A stretch of 64,000 nucleotides of DNA from a virus, in the IMG/VR virus record IMGVR_UViG_3300030109_001309, positions 5,276 to 69,275 of that record. One strand, given 5' to 3'. Below are positions 27,861 to 36,757 of the stretch, piece by piece. Made by a program: the position numbers and the translations under genes. The notes beneath the pieces are model-generated. The model was not told where the DNA came from and did not search any database. It saw nothing but the letters and a program-made list of their open reading frames with translations. Numbering within the stretch: the first letter of the stretch is position 1; the number at the start of each line of letters is the position of its first letter.

Positions 27861-28393
27861 AATACCCAGAACATAAAAAAATATTAAAAGATGTACAAGG
27901 AAGGTATAGAACACAATCTTTGTTTAAAGAGTTTTATCTTAAAGACATAGACCCTTTGTGGACTTTAAAGGATGAGGATACCCAAGGTAATCTTCCAAGT
28001 CTTAAAAAACTTTACATGGATTTAGAAGACCCAACTGAATATCAATTTGCTTTAGAAGCTTTTGGTTCTTGGCAGCACTGGATAAAAATTAAATCATCAG
28101 CAGCTATTAAACCTTTTATTGAAGATTGGGCTATTGAACTAGAAGTAGCTTTGCGCTCTAAAGGTATACGTCTTGTAGCTCAAGAAGCTTTAAATGGTAA
28201 ATCAAAGTTTAATGCAGCCAAGTTTTTAGCTGAAGGCCAATGGAGAAAAACAGATCACAAACGAGGCAGACCAAGTAAAGAAGAGGTAGTAAGAGAATTA
28301 AAAATAGCTGCTAAACTAGATTCTGAAATAGGAGAAGATGCAGCACGACTAGGCTTGCACGTAATCCAAGGATCGAAAGACGATGCCAGCTAA
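27857..28393 (+). CDS. Putative terminase small subunit
   Basis: 178 aa upstream of TerL; DPTEYQFA, RGRPSKEE; assignment largely positional. Confidence 0.55.
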   Translation: MKYPEHKKILKDVQGRYRTQSLFKEFYLKDIDPLWTLKDEDTQGNLPSLKKLYMDLEDPTEYQFALEAFGSWQHWIKIKSSAAIKPFIEDWAIELEVALRSKGIRLVAQEALNGKSKFNAAKFLAEGQWRKTDHKRGRPSKEEVVRELKIAAKLDSEIGEDAARLGLHVIQGSKDDAS

Positions 28394-28538
28394 AAAGAAA
28401 ACTAAAAAGGATGCTTGTTACCACAAAGTTAAATCAAGGTATACCAAGTGGCCTTCTGCTTATGCATCAGGTGCTTTAGTTAAATGTCGTAAAGTAGGTG
28501 CAGCTAACTGGGGAAACAAAACAAAAGGTAAAAAATAA
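28383..28538 (+). CDS. Small basic protein, 51 aa (MPAKKKTKKDACYHKVKSRYTKWPSAYASGALVKCRK...)
   Basis: Manual translation; TAATG coupling to the next ORF. Confidence 0.75.
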   Translation: MPAKKKTKKDACYHKVKSRYTKWPSAYASGALVKCRKVGAANWGNKTKGKK

Positions 28539-28675
28539 TGGCAAGTAAAAAATCTTTTAAACCTCACATGATGTATTCTAAATCAGGTCAAAGTAAAATG
28601 ACTAAAACTTATGCAGAACATTTAGCATTAAAGAAAAAAGGTTGGGGCCACTCCAAACCTAAAAAGAAAAAGTAA
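28538..28675 (+). CDS. Small basic protein, 45 aa (MASKKSFKPHMMY...EHLALKKKGWGH...)
   Basis: Manual translation; TAATG coupling at both ends. Confidence 0.75.
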   Translation: MASKKSFKPHMMYSKSGQSKMTKTYAEHLALKKKGWGHSKPKKKK

Positions 28676-28881
28676 TGGCTAAAAAAGAAAGTTTAAATAA
28701 ATGGTTTTCCCGAAACAAAGGAAAAGGTTGGATAGATTGTAAAACAGGTAAACCTTGTGGACGTAAATCAGCTAAGAACTCTAAACGCCCATACCCTGCT
28801 TGCAGACCTACCAAAGCTCAATGCAACTCAGCAGCTAAAAAGAAAAAAGGTCCAAGTAGAGTTAGTTGGAAAAAGAAATAA
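28675..28881 (+). CDS. Small basic Cys-containing protein, 68 aa
   Basis: WIDCKTGKPCGR...YPACRP; TAATG coupling to TerL. Confidence 0.75.
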   Translation: MAKKESLNKWFSRNKGKGWIDCKTGKPCGRKSAKNSKRPYPACRPTKAQCNSAAKKKKGPSRVSWKKK

Positions 28882-30431
28882 TGCAGCCTACCAAAGAAGA
28901 AATTAAACTTGCCGCTGAACGCAGCTTAATATCTTTTATTCGTCTTATTGCTCCTCAAACTGTACTAGGCCAGGTACACGAAGAGCTTTGCCAATGGTGG
29001 ACAAGGCAAGATAAAAAACAATACCAACTTACTTTACTACCCAGGGATCATCAAAAGTCCAGGATGGTTGCTTACAAAGTTGCTTGGTATCTTACAAACT
29101 ACCCAGATCATCGTATTCTTTATATTTCTTCTACAGCTAACTTAGCTGAAAAACAATTAAAGTTTATTAAAGATATTTTTACATCTGAAATATATAGACG
29201 TTACTGGCCTAACATGGTTAATAAAGAAGAAGCTAAAAGAGAAAAGTGGACTAACTCAGAAATATCTTTAGACCATGAACTTAGAAAAAAAGAGGGTGTC
29301 CGTGATCCGTCTGTTTTTACTGCCGGTCTTACTACTAGTATTACTGGCTTACACTGTGACGTTGCCGTTATGGATGATGTGGTCGTATATGAAAACGCCT
29401 ACACCAATGAAGGAAGAAACAAAGTAAAGTCTCAGTATTCTTTGTTGTCATCTATTGAAGGTGCAGAAGCACAAGAATGGGTAGTAGGAACTCGTTATCA
29501 TCCTAAAGATTTGTATAATGATTTAACCGAAATGGAATGTGAAATCTACAATGAAACAGGAGAAGTATTAGGATACGAACCTTTATATGAAAAGTTTGAA
29601 AGACAAGTTGAAAGTTTAGGAGATGGTACAGGAGAGTTTTGCTGGCCTAGACAACAAAGATCAGACGGTAGATGGTTTGGGTTTGACCGTACAATCCTAT
29701 CTCAAAAACGAGGAAAGTATTTAGATAGAACACAGTTTTATGCTCAGTACTATAACAATCCTAATAACCCAGAAGGTTCTGGAATTAACCCAGATAAATT
29801 TCAATACTACGATAAAAAGTTCTTGACACGTAGCGGTGGTGTATGGTATCATAAGTCAGAACGATTAAATGTTTTTGCATCTATTGACTTTGCTTATAGT
29901 TTAAGTAAGAGAGCCGATAGTACTGCTATTGTTGTTATAGGTGTTGATAGTTCTAACAGTTATTATATTTTAGATATAATTAGATTTAAAACAGAAAAGA
30001 TTGTAGACTACTACAACGAAATTTTAGATGCTCACACTAAATGGGATTTTAGAAAAATACGAGCTGAAGTAACAGCAGCACAAAAAGCAATTGTACAAGA
30101 ACTTAAATATTCTTATATTAAACAAAATGGTTTAGCTTTAAGTATTGATGAACACTCTCCTAATAGACACCAAGGTTCTAAAGAAGAAAGAATACGTGCA
30201 ATACTAGAACCTCGCTATGACAACTTATCTATTTGGCATTACTACGGTGGAAACTGTCAAATACTAGAAGATGAGTTAATGTCAGAAAACCCACCTCACG
30301 ATGATGTTAAAGATGCTCTCGCAGCAGTTATAGAAATTGCAATACCTCCTTCACAGGGAATGAAAAATAAACATAACAATAATGTTGTCCCTATTTTTAA
30401 TTCTCGGTTTGGTGGCGTAGCTTACGGTTAA
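28881..30431 (+). CDS. terL: Terminase large subunit
   Basis: Walker A-like PRDHQKS, TGLHCDVAVMDD, GTRY, nuclease DFA and HDDVKDA. Confidence 0.92.
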   Translation: MQPTKEEIKLAAERSLISFIRLIAPQTVLGQVHEELCQWWTRQDKKQYQLTLLPRDHQKSRMVAYKVAWYLTNYPDHRILYISSTANLAEKQLKFIKDIFTSEIYRRYWPNMVNKEEAKREKWTNSEISLDHELRKKEGVRDPSVFTAGLTTSITGLHCDVAVMDDVVVYENAYTNEGRNKVKSQYSLLSSIEGAEAQEWVVGTRYHPKDLYNDLTEMECEIYNETGEVLGYEPLYEKFERQVESLGDGTGEFCWPRQQRSDGRWFGFDRTILSQKRGKYLDRTQFYAQYYNNPNNPEGSGINPDKFQYYDKKFLTRSGGVWYHKSERLNVFASIDFAYSLSKRADSTAIVVIGVDSSNSYYILDIIRFKTEKIVDYYNEILDAHTKWDFRKIRAEVTAAQKAIVQELKYSYIKQNGLALSIDEHSPNRHQGSKEERIRAILEPRYDNLSIWHYYGGNCQILEDELMSENPPHDDVKDALAAVIEIAIPPSQGMKNKHNNNVVPIFNSRFGGVAYG

Positions 30432-30449
30432 AAATTTTTTGGAGTTATT

Positions 30450-32276
30450 ATGGCAGGAAAAACTTTAGACATTGTAGACATCATTGAAGGTGTAGATCAA
30501 TTTGCAGAAGCAATTGCAAATCAATTTGTAGAATGGAATACCCTACGTGAAACATGGGTAGATGAAAAAAAAGAACTACGTAATTACCTTTTTGCAACTA
30601 GCACTAAGGATACAAGTAACAACAAACTGCCTTGGAAAAACAGTACAACTACTCCGAAGCTTACCCAATTAAGAGACAATCTTCACGCTAACTATATGGC
30701 TGCTTTGTTTCCTAATGACAACTGGTTAAACTACGAAGCTGATGATCGTGAAAGTGCAGATGGGGATAAACGCCGCATCATAGAATCTTACTTAAAAAAT
30801 AAAACCCGTCAAGGTAATTTTCGTAATGTACTTTCACAACTTACCTATGACTTTATTGATTACGGTAATGCTTTTGCAAGTGTTGATTATTTTGATGAAA
30901 CAAGAATAGACGAAGAAACAGGGGAAGAGTTCCCAGGTTTTGTTGGGCCTAAAGTTTTACGTATTAGCCCTTACGATATTGTGTTTAATCCTTTAGCCGC
31001 TGACTTTGATTCTTCTCCTAAGATTGTTAGATCAATTAAAACTTTAGGAGAACTTAAAGTTGAAATACAAGAAAATCCAGAAAAGGGGTACTTAGAAGAT
31101 GTTTTTGAATTGGTCGTTAACAATAGGCAAAAAGTTCAATCAGCTAGTGAACAAGATACAGCAAAGTCAGAAGCGTACCAAATTGATGGGTTTAGCTCTG
31201 TTTATCATTATTATCAGTCTGGTTATGTTGAACTCCTAGAGTTTATAGGAGACATTTACGATCAAAATGAAAACAAACTTTACAAAGATCATATCATTAC
31301 AATTGTAGATCGTAAACATATTATTCGTAAAATACCTAACCCTACTTGGCGTAAATCAATTGTACGTCATGTAGGTTGGCGTTTGCGTCCTGATAACTTG
31401 TATGCAATGGGGCCACTAGATAATTTAGTAGGTATGCAATACAGGATAGATCATCTTGAAAACTTAAAGGCTGACGTTTTTGATTTGATTGCTCACCCAG
31501 TAATGAAAGTACAAGGTTACGTAGAAGACTTTGACTATGGCCCTAACGAAAGAATTTATGTAGGTGATGATGGTAATGTAGACTTTATTCGTCCTGACCC
31601 TACAGCTTTAAATGCAGATACTCAAATTGCTGTAATGGAACAACGAATGGAAGAAATGGCTGGCGCACCTAAACAAGCTATGGGTATGCGTACACCAGGA
31701 GAAAAAACTGCATTTGAAGTACAGTCTTTACAAAATGCTTCAGGTAGAATTTTTCAAAATAAAATTAATTACTTTGAACAAATGTTTGTAGAGCCTTTAC
31801 TTAATGATATGTTATCAGTTGCAAGACGTAACTTAAACTCTAGAGATGTAGTCAAATCTATTGATGATGCATTAGGAGTACAAATATTTGAAAACATAAC
31901 TAAAGACGATCTTACTGCTAACGGTAGAGTTTATCCTGTAGGAGCTAGGCATTTTGCAGCTAAAGCTAATCTTTTACAAAACTTAACGCAACTAGCATCA
32001 TCAGCAATTGGTCAAGACCCTTCAATTAATATTCATTTGTCAGGTAAAAAAATGGCTAAGTTAATTGAAGAAGTTTTAGATTTAGAAAAGTATGGAATAT
32101 ACAAAGAAAATATTCGTATCTTTGAACAACAAGAAACCCAACAACTTGTTAACTCTGCTCAAAGAGAAGTAGATGAACAACAAGCTTTTGCAAATGAAAT
32201 GTCTGGAGTACCTAATGAAGAACAACCTATCGACACTATGGCTATCCCACCTGAAGGACCAGAAGGACAAGGATAA
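30450..32276 (+). CDS. Portal protein
   Basis: 608 aa directly after TerL; YAMGPL, GEKTAFEV motifs. Confidence 0.85.
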   Translation: MAGKTLDIVDIIEGVDQFAEAIANQFVEWNTLRETWVDEKKELRNYLFATSTKDTSNNKLPWKNSTTTPKLTQLRDNLHANYMAALFPNDNWLNYEADDRESADGDKRRIIESYLKNKTRQGNFRNVLSQLTYDFIDYGNAFASVDYFDETRIDEETGEEFPGFVGPKVLRISPYDIVFNPLAADFDSSPKIVRSIKTLGELKVEIQENPEKGYLEDVFELVVNNRQKVQSASEQDTAKSEAYQIDGFSSVYHYYQSGYVELLEFIGDIYDQNENKLYKDHIITIVDRKHIIRKIPNPTWRKSIVRHVGWRLRPDNLYAMGPLDNLVGMQYRIDHLENLKADVFDLIAHPVMKVQGYVEDFDYGPNERIYVGDDGNVDFIRPDPTALNADTQIAVMEQRMEEMAGAPKQAMGMRTPGEKTAFEVQSLQNASGRIFQNKINYFEQMFVEPLLNDMLSVARRNLNSRDVVKSIDDALGVQIFENITKDDLTANGRVYPVGARHFAAKANLLQNLTQLASSAIGQDPSINIHLSGKKMAKLIEEVLDLEKYGIYKENIRIFEQQETQQLVNSAQREVDEQQAFANEMSGVPNEEQPIDTMAIPPEGPEGQG

Positions 32277-32469
32277 TTTTAAAGAGTATATATTAAACTC
32301 AAGCTCTATATGGGATAGGTTAAATTATATTTTAGATAAAAAAATTATACCACCAAAAGCTAGTGACTATGATTCTCCTTCTTGGTCACATTACCAAGCT
32401 GACAGTAATGGTTACAACAGAGCTATAAAAGATATTAAAGAAATTTTACCATTGACAATTAAACAATAA
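32173..32469 (+). CDS. Hypothetical protein between portal and scaffold
   Basis: DYDSPSW..QAD.NGY.RA motif; true start may be the downstream Met (MKNNLS). Confidence 0.6.
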   Translation: MNNKLLQMKCLEYLMKNNLSTLWLSHLKDQKDKDNFKEYILNSSSIWDRLNYILDKKIIPPKASDYDSPSWSHYQADSNGYNRAIKDIKEILPLTIKQ

Positions 32470-32480
32470 TTTGTTATAAT
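32452..32480 (+). promoter_or_regulatory. Consensus sigma70 promoter for scaffold/capsid genes
   Basis: Perfect TTGACA-17 bp-TATAAT with extended -10 TG. Confidence 0.85.
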
Positions 32481-32513
32481 TAGGATAGATAATCATAGAA
32501 AGGACCAATATCT

Positions 32514-33260
32514 ATGTCTGCATTTGACCAAAATAATACTACACCTGAAACCCAAAGTACACAAGAAACTTCTGAACAACAAATAAGTGCTTTTGATTCT
32601 TTAGTTGGAGAAGAACGTAAGTTTAAAAATGCTGATGATTTAGCGAAAGGTAAATTAGAAGCAGATAAATTTATAGATCAACTAAAATCTGAATTAAGTG
32701 GGATGAGGGAAGAGCTAGATAAACGGATGACCTCAGAAGAAGTTCTAGCTAAAATACAAGAAGAAACTAGAAATTCCGTCCAGCAGCAGGGGGAGAATAC
32801 CACTCCTTCATTAAGCGAAGACAAAGTAGAAGAGTTGGTGAAAAAAACCTTGGAGTCAACTCGTACTGAAGAAACTAAACATGGTAATCTACAAGCTGTA
32901 GACAATAAGCTAGTAGAAATGTTTGGAGATAAAGCTGGTCAATGGCTAGTAACAAAGTCTCAAGAGTTAGGCGTAAGTCCTGGTTTTCTTGAAGATGTAG
33001 CTAAGACAAGCCCATCTGCTTTCTTCAATACTGTTGGGTTAAACGAACCTAACATTCAATCTAAATCAAGTGTAACAACTTCTTCAGTTAATACTGAAAC
33101 ACTACAAAATGTTACACAACAACAATCTGCCCAAGTTGGTACTAAAAAGTACTATGACAATATTAGAAAACAAGACCCTCGAAAGTATTGGACTCCTGAA
33201 GTACAGAATCAAATACTTAAATCAAGGGAAGAACTTGGGTCAGAAAAATTTTATGCTTAA
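32514..33260 (+). CDS. Capsid scaffolding protein
   Basis: Acidic coiled-coil protein directly before the capsid gene. Confidence 0.7.
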   Translation: MSAFDQNNTTPETQSTQETSEQQISAFDSLVGEERKFKNADDLAKGKLEADKFIDQLKSELSGMREELDKRMTSEEVLAKIQEETRNSVQQQGENTTPSLSEDKVEELVKKTLESTRTEETKHGNLQAVDNKLVEMFGDKAGQWLVTKSQELGVSPGFLEDVAKTSPSAFFNTVGLNEPNIQSKSSVTTSSVNTETLQNVTQQQSAQVGTKKYYDNIRKQDPRKYWTPEVQNQILKSREELGSEKFYA

Positions 33261-33281
33261 TGAATTACGAGGTAAGATAAA

Positions 33282-34226
33282 ATGGCATTTACTACAAGCA
33301 ATGTAGGTCATCTTACTCGGAGTGAAGTCTGGTCTTCTCAGCTAAAAGATGTGCTAGAAGACGATCTCATGGCCCAAAGCTATGTGAATTGGATGACTGA
33401 GTTCCCTGATGGTGACACTTTTAAGGTTCCTTCTATTGGTCAAGCCCAAGTAGAAACCTATGCAGAAAACGATGCAATTAGTTATGCACCGTTAGATACT
33501 GGTCAGTTTACGTTTACGATTACGGAATACTTGGCCTCTGGCATTTACATCACTGAAAAAGCCAAACAAGATATGTACTACATGAATCAATTGGTTTCTC
33601 AGTTTGTTCCTAAACAGCAACGTGCTATTATGGAACAAGTTGAAGCTAAGATTCTAGGTTTGGAATCAGAGCAAACTGCTTCAAACGCAAACGCTATTAA
33701 CGGTGCAGACCATCGTTTTGTAGCTACAGGCACTAACGAAGTTATCACGGTTGCTGACTTTGCTAAAGCTCGTTATGGTTTGAAAAAAGCTAATGTTCCA
33801 GACACTAACTTGGTTGCAATTGTTGATCCTTCAGTTGAATACACGATCAACACTTTGACTAACTTGAGCAATGTTTCCAACAACGCAATGTGGGAAGGTG
33901 TTGTTTCTTCAGGTATTGCAACAGGTATGCGTTTTGTTAAAAACATTTACGGATTTGACGTTTATGTTAGTAACAACTTGGCTGATGCAAATGAACAGAT
34001 TGGTGGGTCAGGCCCAACGACTGCTGCTGGAAAAGCAAATATGTTTTTCTCAGCTGCTCCTGATGTGCTTCCGTTTATTGGTGCATGGCGGCAAATGCCT
34101 AAAGTTGATAGCGAGTTCAACAAAGATAAACAGCGTGATGAATACGTTGTTACTGCTCGTTATGGCGTGAAACTTTTCCGTCCTGAAAATCTTGTCTGCG
34201 TTCTGTCAGACACAGATCAAGTTTAA
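33282..34226 (+). CDS. Major capsid protein
   Basis: 314 aa; EVWS..L, GDT..VP.IG, IYGFDVY.SN, C-terminal YG.KL.RPE typical of podovirus HK97-fold capsids. Confidence 0.88.
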   Translation: MAFTTSNVGHLTRSEVWSSQLKDVLEDDLMAQSYVNWMTEFPDGDTFKVPSIGQAQVETYAENDAISYAPLDTGQFTFTITEYLASGIYITEKAKQDMYYMNQLVSQFVPKQQRAIMEQVEAKILGLESEQTASNANAINGADHRFVATGTNEVITVADFAKARYGLKKANVPDTNLVAIVDPSVEYTINTLTNLSNVSNNAMWEGVVSSGIATGMRFVKNIYGFDVYVSNNLADANEQIGGSGPTTAAGKANMFFSAAPDVLPFIGAWRQMPKVDSEFNKDKQRDEYVVTARYGVKLFRPENLVCVLSDTDQV

Positions 34227-34240
34227 AGGGAGGATTTGAT

Positions 34241-34744
34241 ATGACTGTTCATGTAAACTCTGATGGCCTTGAAGTTCTTTACGGTGCGTCTAAAGCTGTA
34301 AAGCGTAAAGGCGGTGATATGAAATCGTTTGGTGATCTTCACGAAGTAAGGATGACCATTACAGGAACTGAAGTAACTAGTGCTGATGCTCCTAACGATA
34401 AAAAAATTACCATCCCAAGTGGTGCTTATATTGAAGAAGCAATTCTTACAGTAGGTGCTACTGCTTTCACATCTGGTGGTTCAGCCACTCTTGACATTGG
34501 CGTTATGCTTGATGACAACGATGGTACGTTTAGTACTAAAGATGCTGATGGCATTGATGCAGCAATTGGTAAAGCTACTCTAGCTGCCAATGCTCGTATT
34601 GCTTGTAACGGAGCGTTAATTAACACTGTTGTTACAGATGGTAGTAATGGGCTACCTATGCCGATTTCGGTAGCATACGGAACAGCAGCTTTTACGGCTG
34701 GTGTTGCTGAACTAGTTATTCGTTATAAGCTTTCTCACGCTTAA
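34241..34744 (+). CDS. Virion structural protein (possible capsid decoration)
   Basis: Strong RBS GGAGG; directly follows the capsid gene; beta-rich. Confidence 0.55.
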   Translation: MTVHVNSDGLEVLYGASKAVKRKGGDMKSFGDLHEVRMTITGTEVTSADAPNDKKITIPSGAYIEEAILTVGATAFTSGGSATLDIGVMLDDNDGTFSTKDADGIDAAIGKATLAANARIACNGALINTVVTDGSNGLPMPISVAYGTAAFTAGVAELVIRYKLSHA

Positions 34745-34761
34745 CGTATACCTAGTTTTTT

Positions 34762-34827
34762 GGATACTCAAGGTCAACTGGCGTAACATTATTTAGTTTG
34801 TAAGTCCATACCTTGAGTTATCTTTTT
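34762..34827 (+). terminator. Long-looped stem followed by a T tract
   Basis: ACTCAAGGT (34766-74) pairs with ACCTTGAGT (34810-18), then TCTTTTT. Confidence 0.45.
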
Positions 34828-34847
34828 AAAGTTATTCAGAGGAATCA

Positions 34848-35351
34848 ATGGCAAACGTACAACACGCAAGTTTAACTGGCTCTGATATCCACGAACCTAA
34901 AGGAGCTAATAGTGCTTCAGCAAACACAGTGTACGTTGCTAACGGTTCAGGTTCAGGCACTTGGCAAGCAGTAGCTTCAGGGCAAATTAATACTGCAAGT
35001 ATAAAAAATTTAAATAAAAATTATATAACGTATACTATTCCTGATATATCTACAGCAGGGTCACACTTTGTTGTTACTCCAATTGCAGGAACAATAAACA
35101 AAATTTTTTCAACAATTAACAACGCAATTAGTTCTGCTGACTGTGGTTTAACTTTTGAAATTGCAGGAACATTAGTAACTAACGGTGCAATTACAATTGC
35201 TCATTCTGGTTCTGCTGCTGGCACTGTAGACAACTCAACCCCTAGTGGTCAAAAAACTTTAACAGCAGGACAAGCTATAGAAATTATTACCGATGGTGCA
35301 AGCTCTACAGCTTGTAGGGCTACTATAACTTTTGAGTTGGATGTAAGCTAA
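34848..35351 (+). CDS. Virion structural / tail-associated protein
   Basis: IHEPKG N-terminal motif; G/S/T/A-rich. Confidence 0.55.
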   Translation: MANVQHASLTGSDIHEPKGANSASANTVYVANGSGSGTWQAVASGQINTASIKNLNKNYITYTIPDISTAGSHFVVTPIAGTINKIFSTINNAISSADCGLTFEIAGTLVTNGAITIAHSGSAAGTVDNSTPSGQKTLTAGQAIEIITDGASSTACRATITFELDVS

Positions 35352-36757
35352 TGGCAAAATTAACAGCAACAGATTTAACATCTCTTACAAATGAATCAAC
35401 AGCTATTAGCCAAATAAATGCTAACTTTGCTGCTGTTGAAACAGCAATGGAAAAAACTTTAAGCAGAGATGGAACAACTCCTAATACTATGTCTGCTTCT
35501 CTTGACATGAATAGTCAAGCAATTGTAAATTTACCAACACCTTCTGCTGGAACTAACCCTGTAACTAAAACATATGGTGACGCTAACTACGGTGGTACAG
35601 CTGCAACTACAGCAACTACTAAAGCTTCTGAAGCAAGTGCTAGTGCTACTGCCGCAGCTTCTAGTGCGTCTACAGCATCTGGTCATAAAGATACGGCATT
35701 AGCACAAGCTACATTAGCTACAAATTATGCAGTTAAAGTTGATGGTGCTGCATCTGGATCAGACCACTCAGCTAAAGCTTGGGCTATAGGTGGTACTGGG
35801 GTTACAGACACAGCTTCAAAAGGAGCAGCAAAAGAATGGGCTATTGAAGTTGAAGATAATACTGTAGATGGTTCTGGTTATTCGGCTCTTCACTGGGCAG
35901 CTAAAGCTAGTGCATCAGCTACTTCTGCTTCTACTTCAGCATCTACAGCAACAGCTTTTAACAAACGATGGACAGCAGTAACACTTCACACTGGGGCAAC
36001 TCTTAACTTAGCAAGGGCTGATGTAGGTACATACTATGTACTAGATACAAGTAGTAATGGCATTACAGTAAATCTTCCTAACATTGGGAGTGACTCAGAT
36101 GAAGCTCTTGATGGGCAAATGTTTGGTTTTGAACTTAGTGATGCTACTAACCCTGTAACTATTACAAGAGGTGGTGACAATAACGATTATATGAATGGGG
36201 TAAATACAGCTAACTACACTGGTCTAACTACTGTTGGTCAGGTTATCCATTTTATTGCTGATGATGCAAGTCCTGATAATTGGCTTGTAACAATTATGTC
36301 TCAATCTTCTGATGCTTCAGCTACCGTTAAAGGAATAGTCGAACTTGCTACAGACGCAGAAGCAATTACAGGAACTGATACTACAAGAGCAACAACTCCA
36401 GCTAACGTAGCTGCAACATTTCCTACCATTAGGCAGATACCACAAAACAGTAAGAGTGCTGCTTATGATATAGTCCTAACTGATGCTGGTAAACATCTGT
36501 ACCATCCTGGATCAGATACAGATGCTAGAACTTGGACAATACCAGCTAATTCTTCTATAGCATTCCCAATTGGGTCAGCCATTACATTTGTAAATGATAC
36601 AAGTGCAGGAGCAATTACAATTGCAATTACCTCAGATGTGTTGGTTCTTTCTCCTGATGGCACAACAGGAAGTCGAACACTTGCTGCTAATGGTATAGCA
36701 ACTTGCATTAAAATGACTGCAACAAGATGGATGATCTCTGGTTCGGGGTTAACTTAA
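35351..36757 (+). CDS. Tail fibre protein (proximal)
   Basis: SRDGTTPN.M...LDMN anchor, Ala/Ser-rich stalk, KGIVELAT fibre repeat. Confidence 0.75.
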   Translation: MAKLTATDLTSLTNESTAISQINANFAAVETAMEKTLSRDGTTPNTMSASLDMNSQAIVNLPTPSAGTNPVTKTYGDANYGGTAATTATTKASEASASATAAASSASTASGHKDTALAQATLATNYAVKVDGAASGSDHSAKAWAIGGTGVTDTASKGAAKEWAIEVEDNTVDGSGYSALHWAAKASASATSASTSASTATAFNKRWTAVTLHTGATLNLARADVGTYYVLDTSSNGITVNLPNIGSDSDEALDGQMFGFELSDATNPVTITRGGDNNDYMNGVNTANYTGLTTVGQVIHFIADDASPDNWLVTIMSQSSDASATVKGIVELATDAEAITGTDTTRATTPANVAATFPTIRQIPQNSKSAAYDIVLTDAGKHLYHPGSDTDARTWTIPANSSIAFPIGSAITFVNDTSAGAITIAITSDVLVLSPDGTTGSRTLAANGIATCIKMTATRWMISGSGLT

